From the NCBI RefSeq assembly GCF_001949145.1, contig NW_019091356.1, forward strand, positions 4,818,934 through 4,882,933: DNA of 64,000 nt, read 5' to 3'. This DNA comes from Acanthaster planci. Taxonomy: Eukaryota. The notes below the pieces were generated by a model. The model had not been told where the DNA came from, did not search any database, and worked only from the letters and a program-made list of their open reading frames with translations. Positions within the stretch are counted from its first letter, which is position 1. The number at the start of each line of letters is the position of its first letter. This document shows positions 51,855-64,000 of this stretch, in pieces. The translations under genes were made by a program, and so were the position numbers.

Positions 51855-54800
51855 ATGGCAAGACGAGTCCCAATCGATGCTACTTTAATTCTTGCCTCCA
51901 TCATTATAGCTGCTGTGGGTTTTAAAGAAGGTTGCGCCTTGGAGTAAGTTAGCTATTTCTCTTCAATTTTTTTTTTTTTTTGAGGTTTCTCCCCGATTTG
52001 GATTTTGTGTGACAATAAGGCAATCGTGTTACTGTTTACTTAATAAGGGTAGTGCAGTGTGAAAAAGACACATTTTTTGAGGTTTCTCCCCGAGTTGGAT
52101 TTTGTGTGACAATAAGGCAATTGTGTTACTGTTTACTCAATAAGGGTAGTGCAGTGTGAAAGAGAAGACACTTATCCCAGTTTTTTTGCATCTCGTTTTC
52201 TATTGGCAGCGCTCGATATCGCGATCTTATTTTCTTTTTCGAAAAGTTCGTACAGGGAAATATCATTCAGAGCACATCTTCCACGGGAATAACTACTTCG
52301 GTGGATTATTTCCATAAATCATCGCAGGGCGTCTTTTCCCTTAAATATTACGTCTTTGTTTTTAGATCACATTACTGTCCGGGTAGCGAGACCCACCTAG
52401 ATGTAGAGCAACGGCAGCAGGTACCGTGTGATGCCATCTATGACCCGATTTACATACTAGAGGGATGGCAATGGAACCAGAATAAAGCACCTGCTCTGTT
52501 GGATGGGGAGAATGTGTGCGAATTGGTCAGGTAACGGATAATTCAGATCACTCTTTCCAAATTCACAGGAAACATTGTCAACATTTGAACAACCCACTTT
52601 TATCGCAAATTAACCTTTCTTGCTCAATACTTTTATCCCTTCACTGGACGCAGAGTTGTGCAGCAAGAGCAGATTAAGACCATTCTGGTATGCTGTCCAG
52701 GGTACGAAGGAATCCTCTGCGAAATACGTAGGTTTAACAAATGCTAGACTAATAGTAAAAGATGAAAACGGTATTAAGAGAGATAAAAACGAATTTGCAG
52801 ATTTCCCAACTTCATTTGACGTCTTTTCTTCTCTTGATCAAGTTAAGCACCACAATTAAAAATCAGGTGACTACGTTTTCCCTATAAAACTTTGTTTTAA
52901 TCCACTCAATTAATTAGCAATGTGCGGTGACAGGTGTCTGAATGGTGGCAGGTGTGTAGCACCTGATACATGCCGATGTCCAGCTGGTTACCAAGGCAGT
53001 AGATGTCAATCCCGCATCCGTAAGTGCTTTTATATTATGAAAGAACAAAGACAAACTACTAAGTGCTGAAAAAAATAATAACCAAATTATTGAAAGACAA
53101 ATTATTAAAACTTGAGTGATATAATTTCTAACGTGGGCTGCAATCCTACGTCATGTGAAAGTGTTAATTCTTTATTTTGTTGTTTTCAGATCCGCAGATT
53201 GAAACATTTCCAGGTATGTTGAGCAGCAACTCATCGAAATATTTTCTATCTCGGCAATCTTTCTTGTCAGTTTTGCCAACTTCCGATTCCTCTGGTGAGT
53301 GGGCGGGATTAGGGCAGGTAATGGGAGGGGGAGGCACTTGCGGAGTGTAGAATGTTGCCCAGAACATAACCCTTGTACTTGGTGACTTTTGTCTTTCAGG
53401 GTTTGAAAATACAGTTGGAGGGTCAAAACTTACAATGGCGAAAAGGTCAAGTGAAAGTGAGTACAGTACGGACATCCGTAGTCACTGAGTTGCTTGATGA
53501 GTTTTCTGAACTTTCTCCTCGCGTCAACGCTGAGGGCGGTATACATAAACGCCGCTTTAGTTCTTCAACTTCAACCGCACGTACAACCGCGTAATTCAAC
53601 TTTTCTAGACTGTAAATCAAATTTTCTTTATTCTCAACTCGTGCCAGCAAAACAGAATTTGTGAGTGCATCCATTATTTTTTTATTTGTGTCTTGCATCA
53701 AAGAAGTTTCTGCTGGCTTATTTCCTTTGAAATGTCTTTCTCGTCGTGCTTGTCGTCAAAATTATTTGAAGCTGACACGAAAGTGACAGGCACAAGTCCT
53801 GTGTACAAATGGTGTAGTGCTCAGCCAATGGGACACGATGGGTTTTTATGTGTGACTGTTTATTCCTTCCACCATGATGTGAGGTAGATACGGGACCACA
53901 ATTATAATATATGGACCCTTATAGAAAGACACGCCAATAGCAGATGGGTGTGTGACTAGATTACAGGACCATAATTGTTGTGGACCTATGTAGAAAGATA
54001 TGCCAGTATTGGCAGTAACAGATAGGTGTGACTAGATACATGACTGTCACTTTGCTCTATGGTTAACCCATTAAGACACGGTAGAAAGGCATGCTACATC
54101 ACTAGGTTAGTTCTAGTACTGGCCAGCTTCTGGACAGTTCAGTATTTTGTTGTGTTGTCAGCAGAGTGAAAGTAAACATTTTTGACAAGAAACTTGTTAA
54201 CTCAAGTTGTCATGTATTATGATTTTTTGCCTTACTTGAAGTTTTTAGTACAATGTTCATAAGTAACAGGGCTCTTTTCTACATTTGGTGGCAGTCATGA
54301 ATTACTATGGCAACCAGACAATGGACCTTGCTTCACGCTCCTATGCAACTTGCCTGTCATGGAGCAGAGATCATTTCCGATCATTTGACGGAGTTGATTT
54401 TAGCTTTGCTGGGGACTGTACATACACGTTGGCTGCAGGAATTGATGGCACATGGGATGCCACGCTGAAGAACAACAAATGTGATTTGTTGGATACCTGC
54501 TACAAAGTAAGGCAAAGAAATTAAAATCTCAACAAAATGTTTAGGAAGTTTCTTTTCAACAATATTTGATAGATAAAAATCCATGTACGAATTCCTTTTA
54601 ACACACTGTGCACAAACCCTGTGAGACCGGTCTGAAAAATTCTAAAAGTAAGTGTTTTTTATGTGAATACCTCAACGTTTTCACTGCACCAAATGGCTGA
54701 TAGTTACTACATGGAAAAACTAGTCCCATCTGTGTAGCCGGAAATTCTTTTCATTTGACGTTAAGAAACATTCATTATCTGTTTTTTTCCTTTATGCCAG

Positions 54801-57800
54801 ACTCTTGAGCTGATCCTTGGCATGGATGTTGTCACAGCAAATGGCAGAAATGTTTTCATCAATGACAAGAGAATCACAAATTTTCCCTACTTGAATAATG
54901 GTAAGTACGTCACATTATGCATTGTTTGCACATGTGTGCAAGATAATAAAGTGGTGTACATGTATTTCTCATTTTGAGCTTTGACAGTATCAGACAGTAT
55001 GCTCCGTCTGTCGTCAGGAGAATGCAGTGGTTGTAATCCTGGAGCTGTGAATAATTCTCATTTTGATTTTTTTTTATAACTTCACTAATTTATTTCATCT
55101 GATGAAATAAATGGCTTTCATTTTGATTTCCTTGAAGGTATATCTTTGAAGCGAGTTGGTGATTTTACATTTCTTGAGAGTGGTCTTGGAGTTCTTGCCA
55201 AGTGGGATGGGTTGATGACGGTTGAGCTGACTGTGTTATCTGAACTGCGTCAATCTACACTAGGACTGTGTGGGACATTTGATGATGACCCTACAAGTAA
55301 GTCATTCCGAAAGGAAGTTGGTTTTTATCACTACTTAAACCTAAATCAAGAAGATTTAGCAAAAATTGGCTATTTTTGGATTATGTTGGTAAACTCAGTA
55401 CTCTTCAATGACGAGGTCAAATAATATTGTAAAAAAAAATGAAATTCTTAAAGTGATGTAGATATCAAACTTAGGTTCTCAGGATGTAGCTGGCTAGGCC
55501 TATCAACCTTGTGCTTGTACAAAGGATAATCATGCTTAAATATTATAGAATGATGTGTTTGTGATTGAATTTGATCTGTATGTGATCTGTTGATGTGATC
55601 TGTATTTGATAGATGATTTGACTGCACGAAGTGGTGAGGTGGCCAGTAATCAGATTCAGTTTGTCGCATCATGGGAGGTGCCAGGACCTGGTGAGGTATG
55701 TTGGCATTTGATTCAAAGTAACTGCATTCCCGGCTTATAGTGACTCAGAAATCAGGTGTTTTTGCAGTAAAGACTAATCCAAGGAGACGCCATAACTGCA
55801 GTGGCGCTACACTCACACACACATTCTTCAGCTTGATGCGTGTATGTATTTTGGCAAATCCTGACACCCTGTTGGTCGAAGAGGCTCGTAACGTGTGCGT
55901 ATCACCTGTCCACAAGCGTTGTGCCACTGCAGCAAATGGCTTCTCATTCTAGTTGTTGAATTATCCTCCTTGAATATTCTCTATTCTTTGCCAAATACTA
56001 ACATTTACAGGTGTGTCCACCGTTGTCAGAAGTGCATCCATGCAGTGTCAACCATGATCAGGAGGGTGTTGCCTATTCACTCTGTAGAGTCATAGAACTT
56101 GCTGAAGAATTCCAACAGTGCCATTCGGTGGTAAGTCCTTTTTTGCAATCATTTTCTTGCATGCTGTAGCAATTACAAACTACAGCTACATGGAGGTAAT
56201 ATTGCTGTGATAAAATGTAACCTGTCGGAAACAACTAACAGATTTGCCCGTAAAGGTGGATCTGGAGTTCTTATCTGGTTATGTGAAAGTTGCAGCTCAA
56301 ACTTGGATCTTGTCGGGAATCAGGATTTTGGGTTCACGCTGAGATGCTCACCTATGTCTGTTCTTGTTAATGTTGCTTATTTTGTTGATAGACATGTGAA
56401 CTGGTGAATCATTTTCACATTTCTCTTCTTCTTGTAGGTGAGCCCCTTGGATTACATCACCCAGTGCCAATACGACATCTGTGAATTTGGAGGTTCAGAT
56501 GAATCCATTATGGCTGCTCTCTGTGTGAATCTTGAGGCATATGCTCGAGTTTGTGCGAGCAGAAATGTGGCCCTTAACTGGCGTAGTGAGGACTTGTGCC
56601 GTAAGTTTGTTATGTCAGTTCAATTTAGATCAAAGGTGTTGATGAACAGATATTCAGTAGCGTAATTACCATCAGATCATTACAAAAGCTTGTATACAGT
56701 GTGCATTGCATTGACTGATTGTCAAACTTTTCGGGATTACAACATTCACACTGCAGGGAAAAATGCTTTTTTTTGTTACGTTGCACACCAAAACTTGGGC
56801 AAGAATGTTTATTTGTCAACAGCGAAGCAGTGTCCTGATACCCAGGTCTACTCTGAATGCGGGACCCTATGCCCTCCAACCTGCACTTCAGCTAACACTG
56901 ACCACTGCCCTTCAGACTGTGTGAGTGGTTGCCACTGTCCTGAGGGTACCGTCCTGGAAGATGGTCGTTGTGTCAATGTAGAAGAATGTCCATGTGTGCA
57001 TAACAGGGAGAAGTACCCACCAGGAGCTAGCGTGTCAGTCAAGTGCAATTCTTGGTGAGTGTGCAACTTCCCATCTGCAAATTGTCTCCTTTTTTCTTCA
57101 CAAACCCTACCCAAGAGCTCTGGAAGTTGCTTGAATTTATTCAGTTAATGTAGACTACATGTGTTTGATTACCTGGCTAGACAGATTATGTGTCTTTTTT
57201 GACTCGTCCTTATCAAAGCACCTGTCATGCAGGTAAGTGGTCTTGTAGCAACGATGTCTGCCAGTCCACCTGTCATGTTGTGGGTGATCCTCACTACTTG
57301 ACATTTGACAAGAAGAAGTACACCTTCATGGGGCACTGCCGCTACATGCTGGTTGAGGTATGCGCTTGTATTCAAGATTGTATGTAGTTATTTTTTGTTT
57401 TGAATCAGTCCTTTTTGAACAATTTTATCACATGTTGCAACATTAAAGCCACTAACATTGTCATTACTGTCACCGCCATCACCATGGTTTCTGGTTCCTT
57501 TCTATTTTCCTTGTAGGATTATGTTGATGGGTCACTGTCCATCATTGGAGAGAATCAAAACTGTGGTTCTGGACACTCAGTGACCTGTACCAAAGCTGTC
57601 ATTGTCAAAGTCAACAACACTGAGGTCTACCTTAAGCAAGGCAAGGAGGTTGAAGTGAATGGTGTTCATATCCAACCACCATTTGTCAATCACCATGTCT
57701 CCATCCGTAGAGGGTCATCCAAGTTCCTGATTCTAGAAGCTTTTGGAATGAGCCTAAAATGGGATGGAATTGACAGATTGTACATAACACTGGCTCCAAG

Positions 57801-60800
57801 CTACATGTACAAGGTATGGCATGTTATTTACTATATAGATTTCAAGATTTTGACAGATTTTGGCAGGTGAGGTACATAACTCAGCTAACAAACTACTTTT
57901 GATCCTTTTTTAAAGGTTCGTGGACTGTGTGGAACCTTTGATTCCAACCAAAACAATGACTTCATGACACCAACTGGCGATATAGAGACTAATAAAGTCT
58001 CCTTCACCAACAAGTTTGTAGTTGACCCAGGTTGTTACGAGCCTGAGACAACAGTGTCTCTTCCACCTTGTAGTCTGAACTCACACATGGCAAGCTTTGC
58101 GGAAGCAAAGTGTGGCATTATGAACGAGGATGTCTTCCGTGCTTGCCACGGAAGTGTCAGTCCTGACCTGTACTATGATATCTGCATGTATGATGTGTGC
58201 GGGTGTGATACGGCATTCACTACTACGTGTCTGTGTGAGTCTGTTGCCGGGTATGCCATGGAGTGTGCTAATGAGGGCATATTCATTGACTGGAGAGAGC
58301 ATGAATTGGTCGCCAAGTATTGTGGTAAGTCCTCAGATTTATCCCCAATTTTGGGATTTGAATTGATTTTCTTTACGTGCAAATTAATTAGAACCAATTT
58401 GAAAAAAAAATTAAATTTCACGGTCACAAAATACTGCCATAGTGCAGTTCTATCTAAAAAGTTCTTTATTTTGTATTTTAGAACCGGCCTGACTTGTTTC
58501 TATGGTAACCCTTCTCTATCAATAGATATATCTTGTCCAGGGAGCCAAGTGTACAGCACTTGTGGGCCAACCTGTGGCCAATCATGTCGAGATCTGAGCC
58601 TACCATGTATCGAGACCGACTATTGTGTTGAGGGGTGTAACTGTCCAGAAGGATCGGTATTGGATGATGATGGTAACTGCATATCACCGCCACAGTGCCC
58701 CTGCTACTGGGATGATCAGGTGTTTGCCCCTGGCACAGAAATGGAACGGTCCTGCTTGACATGGTGAGAATATTAACTCAACTTTGAGCTGCCTGAATCC
58801 ACTCAAATCAACTGACAAGTTCTGGAGAAGTTGAATTCAGTCTTAGAACGATCATAACTATGAATATTTGGCTTAATCCTCAGTCAGTTACCTAGACTAT
58901 CCCTGGGGGGCATTCTTCATACTTTTTTAGGGGGTAGGGGTAATTTCAGTGATCCTCCTGTCACAAATACTCACCATTAGTATTATTATTTATTCCTACA
59001 TTTCCAGTACATGTGTGAATGGTACATTTGACTGTATTGGCGAGGAATGCAATGAGACAGTGATTTGTCCTAACAATCAAATATTTGATCATCATGCTAC
59101 ACCTTGCCCATTGACTTGTGATAACTTGGACCATTACCAGCCATGTGTCGCATCAACTAGGCCAGGATGTATGTGTCCTGAGGGATATGCATTAGATGTA
59201 AGTACAGTCACTGAATTCATATGATGAGCCATTTTGAGTGCTTTCAATCCCTGATTTTGTGGTATTTGACCAAAATATCAAACTGTTGGTGAGTTTTGTC
59301 AAACAGTTCATATTCAGGTTCAGACTGTGAATTCTTACTTACCAGAACACCTGAACTTGCGTTCTTGGCCAGGCCACACTAGGGTTTTGAGTATCACTTA
59401 ATAGTTACCACTGTGGTCTTCCAAAGGAGATTTGTTATCTGTTAAGTGCCACTACACCCCAGCATTAAGACTGAACAGCGTGTGCAATATGCCTATGAGT
59501 TTCTCAGCAGACATTAACTTTTATAGAGTTAATAACTAATCTGGTATTTGTTTTAAAGTTATGAAACCACACTTTCCTGTTTTAGTCTGTGATAGTGGTG
59601 TGCAAATTCCAAAGTTGGTGCAAATCTTGAATCTAATATAGAGAGAAGACCCACAGTTCTAGGAGTAGTAGTGTTTGGGCCACAATTCACAGTAGTAGAT
59701 CAGCAGATAATTGCAAGAAAGGTGAACTGGTCACCTGCTTGAGTGTTTACAAATTTGATTGAACAAATAATGTCACCTTCCGTGGGGCCAAGATAAGCAA
59801 TGAAATCCCGGTTTCAGAAGGGGCTAGATATTCATAAGAGAAATATGCCTCTTGTTGTAAGTTAGATTTGCAAAAGTTGAATCATTTTTCATTTTGCAGG
59901 ATGAAGTTTGCATTCGGCCTTCTGAATGTCCCTGTTATCATGGTGGTCATAGTTACCAACATGCAGAAATGTTACAGATAGATGCATGTAATCAATGGTA
60001 AGGCACATTATGGCAAGATCTCATATGAATTCACAAATATTTACATTTACTGGTATGTCATTCTGTTGGCTGAACCTGTTTTATAACTCATCTTGGGGTG
60101 CATGATGTTACCAGTGCCCTAATGTCAATGAATGTAAATAGAATTGTGAGAGATTGTTAAGCAGTGTCATGTATTTTTGTGCAGTGTTTGCAAAGGAACC
60201 ATATGGGAATGCACTCACAAAGTTTGTCCGGGTAAGTTTGGTGTTTTCCTTCTTTATATTCGTTTAGGTGACACAGACACCTTTTTCATGATTGCTATGC
60301 ACAGGTTATTCAGGTTCGTTTGTCTTGTTTAGATAGTTTTGACTGCAATCTATCATTTAGATTTTCGGTTTACATTTCAGCTGTGTGCTCTGCTGTTGGA
60401 GAGGGTCACTATACAACATTTGATGGTCGGATGTATTCATTTGTTGGTGACTGCCGCTACACACTAGCACAGTCTGTCAACAACACATTTTCCATTGAGG
60501 TTGAGAATGTTGTATGTGGCTCCAGCGGCATCACTTGCACTCGAGCAATTGAAATCAACATTGGTGATTACGTCAGTATCTTCTTGGTGCGAGGAGGAGA
60601 GGTCACCATCAATGGTGTCAAAATTCAGCTGCCTAAGCATTACTACTCTCTGCAAATTGAGAAGTCTGGGTTCTTTTACACCATCACATCTGATATCGGA
60701 CTCAGGGTGCTGTGGGATGGAGGTAAGTGGATAGTCTGGTTTCCTTTTTATGGATAGTCTGGTTTCTTTTGAAAGTTATGACCATGGAAGTGATATCAGT

Positions 60801-63800
60801 TTGTAGAAAAAACTGCCTCAGTGACTTGCTCCCAGAAAAACTTCAACTGAAACCACTGCCCTTTGACATAGGTACTCGAGTCTATGCTGAAGTACAGCCA
60901 GAATTTGGTGGACAACTGTCTGGCCTTTGCGGGAACTTTGACGGAAACCAAGAAAATGACTTCACAGCATGGAATGGAGGTCTTGAGCAGAGTGCTGATA
61001 ACTTTGCTAATAGTTGGAAGGTCAGTGCTGGCTGCCCGGAGCTGTACAAGGAAGATGTCATTCATCCATGCACGGTGAGTTACTGACTGACAAAAACATT
61101 ATATGCAAATTAACACTTTGAGTCATACTACTGCTCCTTTAAGTGCAGGAAGGTAATCTGGTTGTAACGGTTTGCCACTAGTGATTGCGAGGTCAGAGGT
61201 TGGAATCCAACTGCCAGCCATGCACATCTGTATATTATGTCCTTGAGCAAGCCAGTTTACCCCTATTCGCTATTTCAATCAGGAGTATACTTGCATTAAC
61301 TAGAATGTGACCCATGATGGATTGATTCTAGCCACGTGTAAAAGACATGCTTCATATCACTATCATACTTTTTTCATTGTAACGGGAATGTTCTTTTTGT
61401 CATTGAAGGCGAATGGGCACAGGGAGGCATGGGCCAATCGACGGTGCAACATCCTCATGCAGCCGACCTTTGAACTCTGTCATGCCCTCATTGACCCATC
61501 ACCCTACCTAGAGAACTGCATCTATGATTCCTGCGGGTAAGAGTCCGTACGCAACCCTTTTTATTGCCCTAATTCATTCTGTTTGATCGCATAAAGCCAG
61601 CTTTTTGCAACGCACTCTATCAGCTTTGATCCATATTTGTCTTCAACTTACCTGTATGCTTATTTTGTTGGCTCCACAGATGTGATATGGGAGGTGATTG
61701 TGAATGTCTTTGTACAGCAATAGCTGCATATGCAATGGAATGTTCACGCAGTGGCATACACATAAAATGGAGGTCACAGGATCTGTGTGGTAAGTCACAT
61801 GTGCACTCTGTTTTGGCCCAAAGTTATTTAGCCATCCACTTTGGGATATTGTGTTGGTGTTCTTGCTCGTTTAGGGACAGAATTGATGTATTTTTTCCCA
61901 TGAACTCCTATTGTTTCACTTAACAATCTGGAGCTAGTGTGGCGTTGAATACTCATCTTGTCTTTGCAAAGTATCTTCCAGAGAGACACAGTTACGTAAT
62001 CCATTTATACATCATAATCCCCTTCCCATGATTTGTAATCTTTACGTTTCAGCGATGCAGTGTGAGGATGGCTTTGAGTATTCAGCCTGCGGACCATCTT
62101 GCCAAGAAACTTGTCAAACCATTGGTGATGAGAGACCAGAATATTGCAATGGATGTGTAGAAGGATGCCACTGTCCAGATGGAATGGTAGTGCAAGGTGA
62201 GCAACAGTGTGTCATTCAGCAAAGTCAGTGGCAAAACAATTGTCACCATTCATAGTCTCTATTGTAATCAAAGAGACAAGCCTAGCTTTAATGCCCACTA
62301 ATGAAAAATATATCTACCTCCCATTCCAAAATTTACTGGAAATAATCTGTCTCCATTCTTAACATAGCTCAGTGATATTGAGTTTTTTGTTTCTTAAGAA
62401 AAGTTGACATTGTTTAATCAATTGGACAGATGGTGGATGCGTTCCTGCTGATGAATGTCCGTGTTACCATGGCAATGCAGAATATCCACCAAGAACAATT
62501 TTGTCCATGGACTGCCAGAATTGGTAAGACAACATTAATTTTTTTAATTTAGAAATTGCAAGTTTGTATCAAATATTTAGTTCATAATCTGTATTAAGAT
62601 TTTTTGTCTTTAGAATTTGTTTACCTTCTCCCTTTTCTGCAGCACCTGCGAGAGAGGGAAGTTTAAGTGCTTAGGAGAACCTTGTAATAGTAAGTTCTTA
62701 AAGGGATCTGAAACGTTAGAGTTGGGAGTTTTGATTTTTTGTGCCCGGATTAATCTGTCGTATATTTACCCTAATTCACCCCATCTTTCATTGTTGAACT
62801 TTTCTGCAGTAACATGTTCTGATAATGAGTATCAGTGTAATAGTGAGGAGTGCATACCAGCTGGCTGGACATGTGATGGTGAAGATGATTGCCATGACGG
62901 ATCTGATGAGCTGGATTGCGGTAAGACCAGTATCCATTTAGAAATTTAGACTTTAATCCTTTATTCCTGTTGTTGAAATAAGTTGGTCTAATTCCACGTA
63001 AATGTTTTTCTATTATCATTGATGAGAGTGTCCAAAGAAGTAACCAGAACGAGACTTTGGCACATCACAGTAACACTTTGAAATATTCAGGAAACCAGCG
63101 ATACTGAAGTTTCTAATTTTCCACCAACTGAACTGAACATGACAGAAGCTTCAATAACTTGCTTAGAAAATGTTGGTTTATTATGTTCACACATTAGTGT
63201 ACACCTGTGCATCTGACCAATACACCTGTGCCAATGGCCGTTGCATTGATTCAAGCTTCTACTGTGATGGAACTCAAGACTGTGATGATAACTCAGATGA
63301 AGTGGATTGCCGTGAGTAACCATGCTCATCTTTTCAAACTTGAAACGTGTCAGATATGGTGTTGCCACTCCATGTATTGTGCTCTCTACAGACAGTTGTC
63401 CAAATGATAATTGGCCTAATTGTGAGAGGTATCTGTAGATTGGTATCTCTTTTGTTTCAGCTCGTCCAACTTGTTACGGTGGTGAATTCCAGTGCAACAA
63501 TGGCAAATGTGTCTCTAGATCCTTTGTTTGTGATGGTGATATGGATTGTGGTTTCAATGATCCGGCTGATGAGGAGAATTGTGGTAAGTATTTCCATTGG
63601 TTTTCTGTTGTTCCTTTTAGATTGTACCACCTTTTGTAATGACCTTTAATTCTGAGTAAAAATGCCTTTTGATTGGTGTCTTTTGTTTGTAGGTGTTGAT
63701 GCTGTTTTTTCATTTAACATGTTGTAATTGTGTTTGTCTTTTGCAGACACAACAACGGCATTTTCAAATACAACCGTCACTGCACAATCAGGCAGCACAC

Positions 63801-63815
63801 ATGAAACCATCACTG
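51855..63815 (+). CDS. SSPO: SCO-spondin-like protein, 5' part (signal peptide, EMI-like, EGF, 3x VWD-C8-TIL units, LDLa repeats, Thr-rich linker); continues beyond the window
   Basis: Signal-peptide exon 51855-51943; EMI-like exons 52366-52530 and 52654-52727 (HYCP...VPCD..Y...GW, CCPGY); EGF 52918-53019; VWD1 from 54295 (FRSFDG..F.G.C.Y, GLCG); VWD2 from ~57219 (GDPHYLTFD); VWD3 from 60381 ([10 protein letters not shown]); C8 and TIL exons; LDLa exons 62810-62920, 63198-63311, 63461-63583; last visible exon 63747-63815. EMI + 3 VWD + LDLa is the SCO-spondin domain order. Confidence 0.88.
51976..52165. repeat. 97-bp tandem duplication in SSPO intron 1
   Basis: gaggtttctccccga.ttggattttgtgtgacaataaggcaat...gtagtgcagtgtgaaa at 51982 and 52079. 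Confidence 0.9.
53885..54042. repeat. Diverged ~70-80-bp tandem repeat (~2 copies)
   Basis: tagat(t)ac.ggacca.aatt...tggacc...tagaaaga.a.gcca...cagat.ggtgtg(tg)ac is repeated. Confidence 0.6.
61150..61340 (+). mobile_element. tRNA-derived SINE (Deu/Nin-domain-like) in an SSPO intron
   Basis: B-box-like ggttggaatcc (~61198) followed by tgtccttgagcaag...tttacccc, a common SINE central-domain motif. Confidence 0.55.
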
Positions 63816-64000
63816 GTACATTAAACATGTATTATTTCTAAATGATATGATTGAAAAAAGGTTTTTAAAAAGTTACGCTTTGACTTTACTCAAGGTGTTT
63901 CCAACAGTTGGAAAATATTCAGCATGGATGGATAATTTCCTTTTGCCTGGTCTATTCACTGTTGAGTCCAGTGGTAATGTAATTTCGTCAAAGTTTCTGC

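Overview
Eukaryotic, intron-rich, AT-rich genomic DNA from a marine invertebrate. An echinoderm (possibly a sea star) or a hemichordate is most likely; this is inferred from gene and repeat style, not proven. Genes supported by hand-assembled exon chains: (1) the first coding exon (PLAT domain) of a probable lipoxygenase on the minus strand, running off the left edge; (2) head-to-head with it, a 3-exon prostanoid-receptor-like GPCR; (3) an intronless GPR84/moody-like GPCR; (4) an 8-exon aldo-keto reductase; (5) CFAP69 (23 coding exons, one U12-type intron, RFX X-box promoter); (6) MZT1; (7) the 5' part of a SCO-spondin, running off the right edge. The non-coding space holds palindromic MITEs, LINE 3' ends, tRNA-derived SINEs, tandem duplications (two of which multiply splice sites) and a Penelope-type minimal hammerhead ribozyme. 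The most interesting hypothesis is a linked oxylipin module: a membrane-anchored lipoxygenase paired with an atypical prostanoid-like receptor that lacks the canonical carboxylate-binding Arg. Exon coordinates and motif counts were read by eye and may be off by a few bases.
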